DNA of 58,638 bases, counting the filler, from Fonticula-like sp. SCN 57-25 (lineage: Eukaryota): NCBI GenBank assembly GCA_001724245.1. It is 3 parts of 3 records of this genome, joined end to end, with 100 filler letters (N's around TTAATTAATTAA, not from the genome) between each part and the next. Parts side by side here need not be neighbours in the genome. Positions count along the whole stretch, not along the records: positions 1 to 19,324 come from MEDX01000100.1; 2 more parts are not named here. The stretch is one strand, 5' to 3'. Below the pieces are notes generated by a model. The model was not told where the DNA came from and made no database searches. It saw only the letters and a program-made list of their open reading frames with translations. The translations under genes were made by a program, and so were the position numbers. Each line of letters opens with the position of its first letter. Position 1 is the stretch's first letter. Below, one piece after another: positions 1-12,727 of the stretch.

Positions 1-243
1 GACAAGCCTGCCATTCCTGTCAAGTTCAATATTCCGGAATCCGTAAATTCTTCTAACGACTGGACGGGGGTTTTTGATTTTTTGTCAGAAGAATCAGACC
101 CACAACACGCCTCGTCTGCAACCACTACGGGCGCGCCTTCATCGACCAAGCCGGGCAACAAGCACCCTATCGGGTATTGTTACTGACACTGCCCTGAGCG
201 TGTTCCTCAAGCGCCGCCTCCGGCATTTGATCGCCCCTTTTAG
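1..243 (+). CDS. possible 3' end of a gene entering from outside the window
   Basis: Frame 1 is open from base 1 (DKPAIPVKFNIPESVNSSNDWTGVFDFLSEES...) to about 186 and is followed by AT-rich UTR-like sequence. No family recognised; end uncertain. Confidence 0.25.
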
Positions 244-554
244 CTATTTTTAGGCCTCCAAAATATCGCCGTTATGTTTCAAAATTAGTTTTCCAACGCT
301 TTTGTAGCGACCAATGGTAACAGATTGACTCAATGTATTATGTACATCTACACGGCCCCGCTAGCGAGGAGCATTGGAAACAAAACACTGTACACAGCGG
401 CGATCGCTGCAACAAAGAAAGGCTACAGGTAAACGTAAACAGCTGCGGCAAAACACAGAATAATAAAGGTACTTTGCAACAATAAACGCAAAAATAGTGT
501 ACAGAATATAGTGTAAGCAAATCTCGCCATTGAATGTGCATGCTGCCGCAAGTT

Positions 555-1559
555 CTACGAGTCCGAGACCCTGAACGAGCGCAGCCGCTCGGTAAACTCC
601 CTATCGTCTTCGTCGTCCTCTTCCTCAAGCCTCATGTCGTGCCCCGAAAAACCGGCGAGCTGCCTGGCATCCTCCCGCTCCTTTGCCTGCGCAAACATTT
701 CCATGTAGTCGACGCCGCTCCTGCTGGCATCGACTGACCTGCTCAGCTGCCCCGACACGGCCGCCGCTGCCGCCGCCACTGCAGACGCGCTGCTGGTGTT
801 GGCAAAGCGAACCATGGACTCGTCGAACGGGATCAGGTGCGACACGTCGTTGCACGATCCGGCGCGGTTGCGCGTGGCGCCGAGGTAGGCCGGCTCGCGC
901 GAGCTGCATCGCTGATCCATGACGTTGGCGAGCCCGTTACGCCGCCCGCGGCGCGCGAGGTAGTCCTTGGCATCGACGGGGCCGTTCACGTCGTCGTCGC
1001 TCATGCGCGAGCTCGGCGAGTACGACGATGACGACGATGAGAGGTACGGCGCGGCGCCCGATGGCGATCCAGATACCGAAGATGAGGCAAAAGAGGTCGT
1101 GCGCTTCTTGCGGCGGCGGTCGGGAGACGCGTACGGGTGAAGCAAAAGGTGATTGTTGACAGACATGGAAGAGTTGGAAACGCTCATCGACACGGCGGGC
1201 GAGCGCGCGAGCATGCCGCCGATTCCGCCGCTGCTGGGGGAGCTCGCGGACGATGCCGCGCCGAGGCCCTCATCGGGCGAGGGGCTAAAATGAATAGACG
1301 TGCTCGAGCTTGGGCGCTCAGGCGTCACAGGGAGCGACACGGCGCCGAACGAAAACGAGGGTTCGGGCGAGCTAGACAGGGCAGCATGCAGCGTCGACGA
1401 CGGCGTCGACACCGATGAGACGAATGGCGAAGGAGAAACGGTAAAGCCAGAGACCATGGGATGACTAGTGGAGTAGTGGCGGCTGGCGATGGCGCCGGAA
1501 GACGTCAAGGCAGAGTCGGGGGCCGCCGCGCGGGGTGACGACCCACCTGCCCCGAACAT
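555..1559 (-). CDS. Ser-rich disordered protein with PKI-like pseudosubstrate motif
   Basis: Intronless GC-rich ORF (555..1628); first ATG at 1559 (MFGAGGSS). Contains DYLARRGRRNGL, RRRKKRTTSF and RNRAGS motifs. AT-rich 3' flank. Confidence 0.7.
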   Translation of the reverse strand: MFGAGGSSPRAAAPDSALTSSGAIASRHYSTSHPMVSGFTVSPSPFVSSVSTPSSTLHAALSSSPEPSFSFGAVSLPVTPERPSSSTSIHFSPSPDEGLGAASSASSPSSGGIGGMLARSPAVSMSVSNSSMSVNNHLLLHPYASPDRRRKKRTTSFASSSVSGSPSGAAPYLSSSSSSYSPSSRMSDDDVNGPVDAKDYLARRGRRNGLANVMDQRCSSREPAYLGATRNRAGSCNDVSHLIPFDESMVRFANTSSASAVAAAAAAVSGQLSRSVDASRSGVDYMEMFAQAKEREDARQLAGFSGHDMRLEEEDDEDDREFTERLRSFRVSDS

Positions 1560-1759
1560 CGGCCGGGTCACTGGCGAGCCAAGTGGGCTGCAAACCAAAA
1601 GAATAGGCGCGTCGCAATAAAGGTGCAAAAAAAGTCAGCAGGGGGCGAGTGGAGACAAGCAAGAATTGAAAAGAGCGGTCGAAAAGGGAGCCTGAAGAAA
1701 GGCCTTTGCAGATGGGACAAGCTGCGGGATGGCGACCGGCCCCCCCCTGACGATATGTT

Positions 1760-1865
1760 TGGCACGTGGCGCGTTCCCGCCACGTGTGTTAACGGCGTCA
1801 ATCATGGCGGTCACGTGACTAATAATGAGATTCGTCAAATTTGCCAATTTGATTCGTCCAATCAG
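1760..1865. promoter_or_regulatory. E-box cluster (3x CACGTG, including GTCACGTGAC) plus CCAAT boxes
   Basis: CACGTG at 1763, 1781 and 1812 (the last within GTCACGTGAC, 1810-1819); CCAAT at 1843 and 1858; about 200-300 nt upstream of ATG 1559. Confidence 0.5.
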
Positions 1866-2087
1866 GATCATTCAGGGGATGGGCGGGTGGTAAACGCAGG
1901 GTACACGCAGGGAATAATGCAAAACCAAGATGATCCACATATCAAAAGCGCCTTTTTCAAGTACAATTACGCAAATAAAGGACTATTGTTCCACTACTGA
2001 TGATTGTGATGTCGATTCCTTATAATACAAATCTTGCAATGTACAGATGCAAATAACCCATGCAGAAACAGATAATATATGTACACT

Positions 2088-5000
2088 TCAATCTTCTGGC
2101 AGCGACGCAAACACTCTTGCCTGCTGCCTCTCAAGCACCTCGCGCTGCAACTCGTCGGCAAACCTCTACATTGCCACGTGAGCAAAATACACATCTACCT
2201 TTTCGCGTACATTCTTTGCGGCATTGTCGCTGCACTCGATACTTCTAATCTCCTTTTGCGCGCCGCCGCGCACGACCGCGAGCACGCCCGGCTGCACCCT
2301 TAGCGTGTCCACGTCATCGAGCGGGATGTGCCACGTGATCTCAAGCGACGCGGCGTTGCACGCGATCAGGTTCCTAAAGATTACGTCAGCATTTAAACAC
2401 ACTGGCACAAAACGTACGTGGTCGTGAGGAGCAGGTAGGTCGTATAGTCGTCGCCGTTGAGCCGCGTCTTTGCTGCCGCTGCGCGCTCCGCCGCCTCCTG
2501 CATCGGTTTGCAGTTTGCAGTGGACAGCGCGAGCATGGCGACAAAGAGGTCTTCCTCAAAGGCGCGTCTTCCGGCCCTCCTGAGAATATCGCTCCCGACG
2601 GCGCTCGCCTTTTCGAACGGCTTGATGAGCCCGTCGCTCTGGATGAACCTCGGCAGCCGCTTTCGCGCGGGGAAAAAGTGCGCATCGAGCCCGAGCGAGC
2701 TGCTCGTGATCCCCTGGGCGATCTTTGATGTTCCATCGAGAACGCCAATGACGGGCTTGGTGACGACGCCCGCGATTCCCGTGCCGATCCCCTTGACAAA
2801 GCCCAGCGCGCCGCTCTCCCTGGCTCCCTGCGCGGGCTTTTGAAAGAGACCCGCAAGCCCAGCGCCGAACCCCTTGAGGACGGTCGTGGCGCCTGCAGCG
2901 ACGCCCGCCATGGTGCCCGCGGGCCGCTCGCGCTGCGCCTCGTGGCGCTCCGCCTTGTACTGCCGGTCAAAGGTCGCCTCGGCGAGCCCCTTGCTGACCG
3001 ACGACGTGATTTTGCTCACGCCGCCAAAGAGGCCCGCCACCGAGTTGCGCAGCAGCGACGCTGTTCCGCGGCCAAGGCCGCGCGCAAAGTCTTCGGGCGA
3101 GCGCACGAGACCAAGGTACGGCTCGTAGAAAAAGTCTTCCACGCCCGACGCGAGGTTGCTAAATAGCCCGACAGGGTTGCCGATCAGGTCGACCGCGCCA
3201 ACCACCTTGTGCACCTGCGTCAGCGCCTGCTGCGCATAGTGCCGGCCAATCAGCGCCTTGAGCGTCGACGCGTCCAGCGTGGCCAGCGAGAGCTCCAGCG
3301 CGTTCAGGCGCACGGGTGCATCGCGCACATTCCCGAGCGACATTGTCAGCGCCTCCACGAGCACGCGCACGGGCCGCGTTGTCGCCGACATCAGATAGTC
3401 GTCATCAGGGGCAGAGTCGGAAGAGGCCGACAGCGACCGCACGAGGCTGACGTTGACGCCGATTGGCTGGATCTGAAACACTTCGAGGTAGACGGCGACG
3501 GACGACCGCTCACCCTTGAACATGCGGCGCGGAACGGGCGGAACGCCGCTCGCGTCGAGCGCACCAGGCGCAAAGAGAGGGCTGCGCTCGAGCTGGCGTG
3601 CTGCGCTGGCTGACGATGGCGCGAGGCCGGTGGCAAAGCGGATCAGCTCACGGATCGTCGACTCTTCCACCTCGACGGATAGCTGCTGCACGAGCAGGCT
3701 GCAGTACCGCACGACGAGCACGCTGCCGGCGCCCGAGCGGCGCGCGGAAGTCGCGTCGGGCGCGCTCGCCGACGCCGCCATGGTCGCGGCGAGAATGGCG
3801 CTCATCTGGATGATGGGAGCGCCGAAACTGCGCTTGGCCTGCTCTGTGCGTGGCGGCGCGCGCGCAAGCAACACGGGGAACTCAAAGTTGGGCATCTGGT
3901 TGTCCACCTGAAGCTCTTGAAGGCTGACTTCGACGCTCTGTTGCGCCGCGCGCAGTTGCAGCGAAGCAGCGAGGCCCTGCAGGTTCAAGTACACGAGCTC
4001 GCGCGGCGCGGCAGACACGAGCGACACGCCAATCTCGGCCACGTTAAGCGACACATGGAACGACGGGCCGTCATCTACTTGTTCATCGACGGTGGCGTCG
4101 TCGTCGTCGTCGTCGCTGATGATTTCGGAACGCGCGCCGACGAGGCGCCTTAGTTGGAGAACACGAACGCCGTTGTCGGGGACGACAGCGAGCGCGAGAC
4201 CGCCGTGCGGAAAGGCAAATGGCTTGTGGTCGCCGAGGCGCGCGAGGTCGACGCGCCTACTGTGCTTCCCCACGTGGATAGTGATGCTGCGGTCGGCCGC
4301 GGATGGGAGGTCGAGCGCGAATGGAACGCACTGCCGGGGCTGCGCAAGGTACCGCGACGCGCCGGGAAGGGCATCCGCCGCTGTCTGCCCGAAACGAACG
4401 CCCGTCTCGCTCAGATTGTCGACGCGGAACGGCGCGCCGCGCGCCCACACGGTAAGGAGCACAAACAAAGTCGCGCCCTCGAGCGCGATGCGCGCGCGCA
4501 GCAGGACGCTACGGCTGCCGCCGGTTGTATCGGGGTCGGGTGTCCGAACAAACACGTCGCCGACGTCGTTGACGCCAAAGGGAACGGACCATGCGCCGCC
4601 GTCGCCACCCGCAAACACGCGGTGGAGCCGAACGCGCACGAGGCGCGACTTGGCGTCAAAGTGGAACGGCAGGCGCGCGTCATTGTCGACGAGCAGCGCC
4701 GCAGCAGTTTCGCTGTCGGCTGCGCGCACTTCCAGCGCGTACCCGGTGCGGTTGGCAATGACGAACCGCGGCGAAAAGGTAATGACCTTGCTGCAGAAGA
4801 AGCGACCGCTGCCGAGCCGCATGGCGACGCCGAGCTGAACGCCGCCGGCGCCGCTGACGCCCTTGAGCTGCGCCTCGCCGGTCGATCCCGCCGCGATGCC
4901 AAATCCGGCGCTGTACTGTGTCTGGCCGGACACGCGCACCGCCAGACGCGGCGCAACGCTGCTCGAGCGGAAGGAAAAGAGCTGCACGGCCGTCTGCGCG

Positions 5001-8000
5001 AGAACTTCATTGGTGCTCGCCGACCCCGCCGCGTCGTCCTCGCTCGCAACACTGAGCAGCGTCGATGCCGAAGCCGATGTTGTTGCAGAAGGACCCGAGC
5101 TGAGGCCGCCGGCCTGTCTGAACTGGAGCGGCAGCGCCGTCTTGTTGACGAGTACGATTGGGGCGTACACACCAATGACGCGGCTGGAGCGGTGCCCCGG
5201 CAGAACAGCGTTGTGCAGGTTGAGCCTCACTGTCTGGCGCGCTGCCGCCGGGGTGGTTTCGCTGTCGGACACGAGCTCGACTGCGCCGCCAAGCATGGCG
5301 AGCGACTGCCCCGCAAGTGTGATGCGCGCCATTTTGGCGCAGACGAGCCGCAAGGAAGGTACCTGGATGCTCAGCATCAGGCGTCGCGACACGTCGGCAT
5401 GGAAGAAGCAGCTCGACGCGCCCTCGAGCACCGTGTCGCTCTCAATAACAACGCCAAGGTCCGCGTCGACAATGCTCACAATAATATCGGCAGGCACGGC
5501 GTTGTCAATGCGGATCGGCGGTGACGCGCGGATCAAGAGGTTTGCGGGGAAGCCGCGGCTGATCGAAGCGGCGTCATGGTGCTGCCACACCACCTGCGTG
5601 TCAAGCTGCACGTAGAACGGCGCCTGCTGGGCCTGCTGCTGGGTCTGTTGCTGCTGCACAGGCTTGCAGATGGCGGCCGACGAGGCGTCCTGCCGCAGCA
5701 CCTCGGCGTTGAGCTGGTGCGTGCTATACGCAAACTCGCCGCCGTCGGGCGCCAGCTGCAGGTAGCACGCGCCCACCTTGGTAATCGCCATTGGGACGCT
5801 CCACGTGGCACCCGGTGCTGGAAAACGAGTCAGAACAGAGCCAATTCATTATTAAATGCGTACCGACAATAACAGCGGGGCCGGCGGACGACGCGTCCTC
5901 GTTGCGGATGCGCACCTTGAGCGGGCACGATAGACCATTGTGAAGTGCGGCCGACGACCGAAAAAGGACCGTTTTGACGCCGCGGCTGAAGCGGACCTCG
6001 CACACAAGGTACAGCGGCGCAGAGGCCGGCTGCTGCTCACCAACGACTGGTTCGAGGCGCATGAGGTGGAGCCCGACGCGGTCAACCGGGATGCCGCTGA
6101 CGGGCCGCACGCCGAGAGATTCTGCAAAGCGGACAGACATGCGCGGCGGCGGGACGGCGGCGGCCTTGTCGACGGCGCGCATCCACGTGCCTGGGTTCCA
6201 CTCGAGCGTCTCTCCGTCGCGGAGCACCCCCGAAAACTGCGCCTGGCGCGCCTCGCGCGTCACGTCGGCAACTTCTGACGTCCACAGGTCGAGGTCGCCG
6301 CCCGTCGCGTTCTTGAGCACGTACGGGTGGTAGTCTGCGCGCTGGTTCTTTGACGCCGCGGCCATCTTGTCGCGCTTGGCGGCCGCCGACAGCGCGAGGT
6401 CGCTCTTCCAGTCCTCGGCGACTTCGAGCAGCGTCCGCAGCATTGTGTGGCTCACGGTCACGTCAAGTGACGTTGGGATGCTCGCGACGAGCGAGATGCG
6501 GCGTCCGGCGGACGTATCTTCCTGCTCTTCCTTCTTTTGTTGCTTGTCATCGGCGCCCTTGCCGCTCAGGTGCACGTACAGCGTGCATGGCTCGACGACG
6601 GGCTCCCATGCCGACAGCTTGCTGTTGAAAAAGTCGGCGGAAAAGGTGAGCTGTGTCTTGGCTGACAGCGACTCGATGGACCAATCCGAAAGGTCAATGT
6701 CCATAGCGCGCAGCTGCGCCTCGAGCAGCGGGAGGTTGCTGCTGCCACAGTCGTTGATGACAGTTGCGCTCACGCCGCCAAACTGGACGTGCATCACTTC
6801 GCCGCGGAACTGCGACATGATCTCGTCGGCGACAGCGGCGGCGCGGCGGGCGCGCATGGGCGCCGCGACAAAGGTGGCAAAAACGTCGCCGTGAACGAGC
6901 GCGGTAAGCGGCGCGCGCTGCTGCTCGGTAGCCTGGCGGTGCTGGTATGCGCTCACCATCGCGAGCGCGTCCGTCGCCATCGAATGCGCCACGCGAATGT
7001 CAGAGTACGAGACGCGCACGCTAATCGGGTCGATGCGCAGCACCTGAGCTGAAGGGCTGCGCACCTCGCTCACGGGCCGCGCGGCCACCTGCGCGTTCGC
7101 CAATGTCAGCGAGCAGTCCAGCCGGAACGGGTCCAGGATAACAACGCGCTTGTTTTGCGCGTTCATGCGGCACACAAATGCAGTGATGCCGCCGACGCCC
7201 ACCGTCACTGCGGTCGACTGGCGCGCGGCAACCGCGACAAATACGCTCTGCACACTCACCACAATCGCCTCAGAGTCATACTGCGTAATGTCATGCGCGT
7301 ACGCCACGCGCATCTCGTCCATCTGAACATTCGCCGTCACTTGCTTCAGCTCCGCCACCGGCGCCGCGAGCGGCGACGCAGACGCGGGCGACAGGCGACC
7401 GACATCGGACGACAGCCGCCCGCGGCGAGCGACCGGCATGGACGCCGACGGCGGCGCATGCCTTACCACTGGTGTAGCTGCTGCGGGCGGCACGAGGCCA
7501 ACCAAAAGCGGCAGCAGGAGCTCGATGGCTTCGGCGAGCGGCGGGTAGATAAAGTCGTAGAGCGAGAGCGCGAGGTCGGTGCTCGCGACGACCGAGAGCG
7601 GCGGGACAGACACGTCCAGCGCGACGCTCCCCGACGGGAGGACCTTGACGCCAACGGTCAGCCGGCGGTCCGAGCCGTCGTCCGCGCTGCCAAACTGCAA
7701 GACCTCGCGGAAGATAACGTTTTGCTGCGACCGCGCCGGGTCCCACACGCTGAACGGGCGGCAGTCGCGAAGGGCAAGGCCGCTCGAGCGAAATGACACG
7801 TCAATGGCGCCGGTCGCCAGGCCGCGGACAGTGAGCACTGCCTCCTTGACAGAAAGGTCGATGAGAAGGTGCGCGCCGCCGCTTGCGGTCGTCGTCACGA
7901 GAAGCAACTTGCCGCCGGCGAGCTCAACATCAATGCCAAAGACGGGCACGAGCTGCTTGGCCTCTTGCACGGCGCGGAAAGCGTGCCGCGAATCGGAGCC

Positions 8001-11000
8001 GACAGACTCACCGCGCGGCCGCGGAACAACTACGCTCTGCTGCGAAGGCTGCTGAAGGAGTGGAAGAAGCGCGCCAATGTTTTGCGCCACCTGCACGAGC
8101 CGCGCGAGGAGGAACGCGTATTGCGCGTCGGTGACCGAAAAGGAAATGAGGCCGAGCTTGACCGACACGTTAATCTCGGGCGACAGCGGCGCGAAATAGG
8201 CGGCGCGAGGCGGTGACGCCGACGCGGTTGATGTAAACGATTGGCCGTGCATCCTAATCGGGCCGCTTGCGCTGCGCACACGCGTCGGCGTCGCCTGCAG
8301 TGCTTGTGTCACTCCACCGGCGGCCAGCTGCCTGTCGAGCGCAATGTGGATATCAAAGCGCTCCATGAGCGAGACAGAGGCGCCGCCGAGCTCCGTGTTC
8401 ATCTGGACGCCCTCGAGCGCGAGCGACATTGCGTCCGTAGTCGTGCGCGCGGTCGACTCGACAAAGCGGTTGGCAAATGTGAGGAGGCCGAGGTCGATGA
8501 CGAGGCGGTTCTGGCGCATGCGGTCATCGGGCAAAATAATGCGCGGCGCGTGCAGCTCAACATCAAAGAGCATCTTTGTAGCCTGGATCGACGAGCCAAC
8601 GTCCATGAGGTTGCGCTGCGCAGGCGCGGGACTTGGCGCCAAGTAGGGCGCGACGCTCTGCCCGACGGCCAGGCCTGCGTCGATCAGCGCGACGACGGCG
8701 TCCGAGATGTACACCACCTGGAGGCTGCCGAGGCGCACCTGCAGCTTGCCGTCGTGGCCTGGGTATGACGAGGCACTTCGCTGGTAAGTCGTCATACTCA
8801 CCGTGCACAGTGCTCCGTCCTTGTCAACATCGGACGAGATCATGTCGTCTGACCCTTGTGCAGAGTGTGCCACAAGCTGGATGCTGCCCACGTGCGCCTC
8901 GACCTCGAGGCGGTCGCGGTACTCGGACACGCCCACCGAGCACGAAGCCACAGACAGCGTAGCGATAGTGCCGGCCTCATCGGACGCGCGTGCCGCCCCG
9001 TCCGCATCCTTGGTGTGCGACATTGAGACGGAGATGCCGCCGATCGACGCCTCAAAGCCAAAGTTGACGAGGTCGGCGGCGCGCATCGCCCGAAGGTTCA
9101 TGATGACATTGTCGGTAAAGAGGGTTCGCGGGTGTGCGTCGACCAGTGACGGTAGCGGGTTCTCCAGGAACGTCTCCAGGATCATTGTCATGAGCGGGTT
9201 CAGCGTCAGCGGGTCGACCTGGATGTCGAGCGGCGCAAGGCGAAGGCTCACGCTGTTGAGCGTGCCGCGGTGAATGCTCCGCAGCTCGGGGTTTGACGGC
9301 TTGATGTCCTTGACAAGCAGCAGCATGGCCGAGTTTGGCCCGTGGCGCGCGTTCGCCCGCAGCATGTCGACAAGCGGCACGTCGCGCTGCACCACAATCT
9401 GCGGCCCTGTGCGGCTCTGCTGGTGCTTGCGTCCTGACTGACCCGAGCGCAGCATCGGCGCGCCGCCGGCGGTCACCTGAAGCTGCTGCACGGAGAGCGC
9501 AAAAGCGGTTTCGTAGAAGCGGTCGAGCAGCTGGATGCGCATCGACGACGCCGTGAGCGCCGCACTATCGCCGAGCGCCACCGTGGCGTCGTGGATGTGC
9601 AGGTAAAGCAACACAGTGACGCGGCGCCACCACGCGCGGCTCGACGCTTCTGAAGACGGTGCCGCCGACTGCCCAAACGAGGCGAGCGACGCGTGCGAAG
9701 ACGACCGCGACGGCGTGCGCAGCGAGGATCGCGAGCGGGCCAGGCCTTCGTCGCGCGAATCAGCATCCAGCTCGAGCGCGAGCAGATTGTCAAAGTCGTC
9801 GGTGTCACCGATGACGGCCGCGTACGCATGGTGCGTGATAATGTCGTCCTGCAGCGCCGTCTCCTCCTCGGCGTCGAGGTCGAGAACGTCGTCGGGCACG
9901 AAAAAGCTCGAAAGCGCGCCGTCAATCACGATCATGAGCTGCTTGAACGCGTCGGTCGTGACATTGATACCAAAGCGTAGGATCTCGCCGGTGCAGCAGA
10001 GCTGCGGTAGCTCGAGGGCGTCGGGCGCAAAGCACTGGTCGAGGAAAAGGTTGGCATCCGTCGGGCGCAGGATGTGGTACGGCGTGCCGCGCTCATCGCC
10101 CAGCGCGCTCCGGAGCGCCGGCAGCGCCGGGCCAACGACCACCTGCAGGGCGAGCAGCTTGAGCGACAGCCGGTCGTACACGACGCGCTGCAGCTCCTCA
10201 AGCTCATCGGGCGACAAACGGTGCTTTTGGCGAGCAAGGAGCTCGCGCTTCTTCTCGCGCTCGACAACGTCGCTGCCGATGATCACCTGGCCGAGGTCTA
10301 CCACGAGGAAAGCTGTGTTGCACGGCGACGGGACGACGATGACGGGCGCGCGCAGGTTGACGTGCAGCTCCATTGTTTTGTGCAGCCGCAAGTGGCGCTC
10401 GAGCTGCAGGCGCGTCTGCTCGCGCACCTTTTGGAGCGTCTGGCCGAGCATGCGCTGGAAAAGCGCCAGCGAGGACTCGTCGTCGGGCGGCGTCAAAAAG
10501 GCAATGAGGTGATCAACGGAGCGCTTCGAGTACGTCACTTCGAGCGGCGCCAGCTCCGCCTCGAGCAGCATGTCGGCGTGGCGGCTTGCGGGCGCCGAAT
10601 CAAATGTTAGATGAAAGAGAACCGGGTCGGCCGATTTGGTCACGCCGTCCGCCTTGGGCGCCAAAAAGACGCCATCCGCGCCGGTCAGCGAGAGCGAGCG
10701 CAGCGACGCCTCTACCTGTGATGCTACCGGGCGGTTCTTGACATCAACACGCATGCCCTTGAGGCCGAAAAACAGCACTGGGGTATCGGCCGACAAGAGC
10801 GAAACAGACAGCGTGTTGAGCGCAGCGCCGATTGAGAGCCACGTGTAGTCGTCGGGGAAACGCTGCTCCGCCTCGTCGTCCTCCTTCATGTCAATCACGC
10901 TAAACAGCGCGGAAAGGTCGCTCTCGTCAAGCTCGAGAAGAACGCTGTCGCGACCGGAAACATCCTGCACAGACGCCCCGGCAGCGGCACCGGCGCCCGT

Positions 11001-12517
11001 TGCGGCGGTCTTTTTGCGCCGCAGCTTGGCTAGAAAACCGCTCTGCTTCTTCTTGGGCGCTTCGATCGGCGTTGCTCCAGGTACCGATGCCACCGACGCG
11101 GTGCTGCGAGTCGACCCAGCTGCTGCCGGCGCGGGTTCCTTTTTGAGGCGCTTGAGGCGCTTGCGCTCTGCCTCGGCGAGCAGGCGGTAGAGACGCATGT
11201 CCTCGAAAGAGAGCTGCTTTTCGAGCATCGCGAGCTCGACCTTGGTCGTCGACGCCTTGTCCTTTAGGCGCTTGTTGTAGAGCACGATGTAGCGCTGCCG
11301 CTCATCGCGCCTTGCCTTGAAGAACGACCACGACCAGCGCCGGTTTCTGTCTTGGATGCGCGAGCGCACACAGGTGATGGCGAACCGCCACCACGCGCGC
11401 TTGTCCTTGGAAACGGAGACTGTTGGCCTGTACTGGCGGTAGGGCTCTGCGAGGATGAGACGCTGGAGCGCGCCCGACAGCATAATGAGATCGCAGTATT
11501 GCCGGCGGTCGAGCTCGATCTGCAGCGCCTCCATGATAATGTCGAGCTGCACCTTTGGTACGGCCTTGAGGATCTGCGAGCCCGAGTGGAGCCGCACTTT
11601 GCAGTCGATCGAGGCGGGCTTCACCACGTATTGATGCGTGACCTTGCAGCGGCCGTCCTGGTCGGGGATGCCGGCGAGCATTGCGCGGGCAAACTCGGCC
11701 TCGCCCAGGTGCGCGACAAAGTCGGGGTGGCGGTCAAAGTAGACGGACAATGACTCGACGCCAATGATCTTGTGGATAAAGTCGCCTGGCTTGCGCACAA
11801 AGCCCGGCGTCCAGTCGGCGTTGGTAGACTGCATCGACAGGCGGTGCAGCGTCAAGCCCATCGCAAACGGATGCGAGGGATCCGACGAGCTGTCTTCGTA
11901 GCGAATGTGAACATAGCCAACGTTAAGCTGCAGATTAGCAACGATCTTGGTAATCAGCTTTCGCGCAAAGACGTCGTCGCCAGAGTCGCCGCCAGACTTG
12001 CGATCCTTGGCGTTCTTGCGCTCGTCCTCAAACTCTTCCCAACGACGCTCCTTGTTGCGCTGCCGCCGCTCTTCTTCATATTCAGGATCATAACGCATCT
12101 GCGAACGCGGCACCGCCACGACGTAAAGATGGTCCGCGAGCACATGCACAGGCTCTGTCTTTAAATTCTTCCACGGGATCTTGAGCACAAGAGAGCCAAT
12201 ATACCCTGCGAAATGAATGAGCTAGATGCCGGCCATGACTAAACACGCACCTCGATGCACTTCAATGGGCAAATTGAGCCTTTTAAGCGCCTCTCGCCTC
12301 ACCTTGACATTTCGAAGTGTAACATCGCCTAAATGTCGGTCAGCACGCAAAGTGAGGGTAGCCTGGAGGCGCACCCTTCCAAAGCCCAAGGTCTAGTTGT
12401 TCCTTGTTCACTCCCTCAATAAAATCGCCAAGGTACCTAAAAATAATTGGTCAAACGCGCGCACTCACATACTCGGGCGTACTTGTTAAGAAGCGTGGTA
12501 ACTGCGGCTTCTAACAT
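2088..12517 (-). CDS. VPS13: VPS13-family bridge-like lipid transfer protein (multi-exon, about 3300 aa)
   Basis: Spliced N-terminus MLEAAVTTLLNKYLGDFIEGVNKEQLDLGLWKGDVTLRNVKVRREALKRLNLPIEVHRGYIGSLVLKIPW is a chorein-N domain. VAB/SHR-BD region contains KVITFSPRFVIANRT and WSVPFGV. C-terminal LQVDNQ and LIGNPVGLFSNLASGVEDFFYEPYLG...KGIGTGIAGVVTKPV motifs. Three short 5' introns, one near 5820-5864 and two 3' introns; TGA at 2088-2090. Confidence 0.97.
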
Positions 12518-12727
12518 TTCCCCGCCGCTGCCCGTCGGCCAGTGGTGTCGGGCAGGAACCGGCTTTGCATGCAAACAGGATCAGTTTGCCGATGAAGTGC
12601 CAATCGGAAAATTTGCAAATTTGAGATAGCCAATCACAGATTGTGTGAGATTGGCATTTTTTCCGTTCTTTCCAAGCGTGACTGGTCAACAAACGCTGCT
12701 GCGCCTTACCGATCCGCAGCATCGACA
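12518..12727. promoter_or_regulatory. bidirectional promoter with CCAAT boxes
   Basis: 210 nt between divergent ATGs (12517 on -, 12728 on +); CCAAT at 12600 and 12631, ATTGG at 12650. Confidence 0.55.

Noticed and set aside
4154-5524. 456-aa plus-strand ORF and other long ORFs overlapping VPS13
   Set aside because: Antisense or alternative-frame shadows expected in high-GC coding DNA; no recognisable domains.
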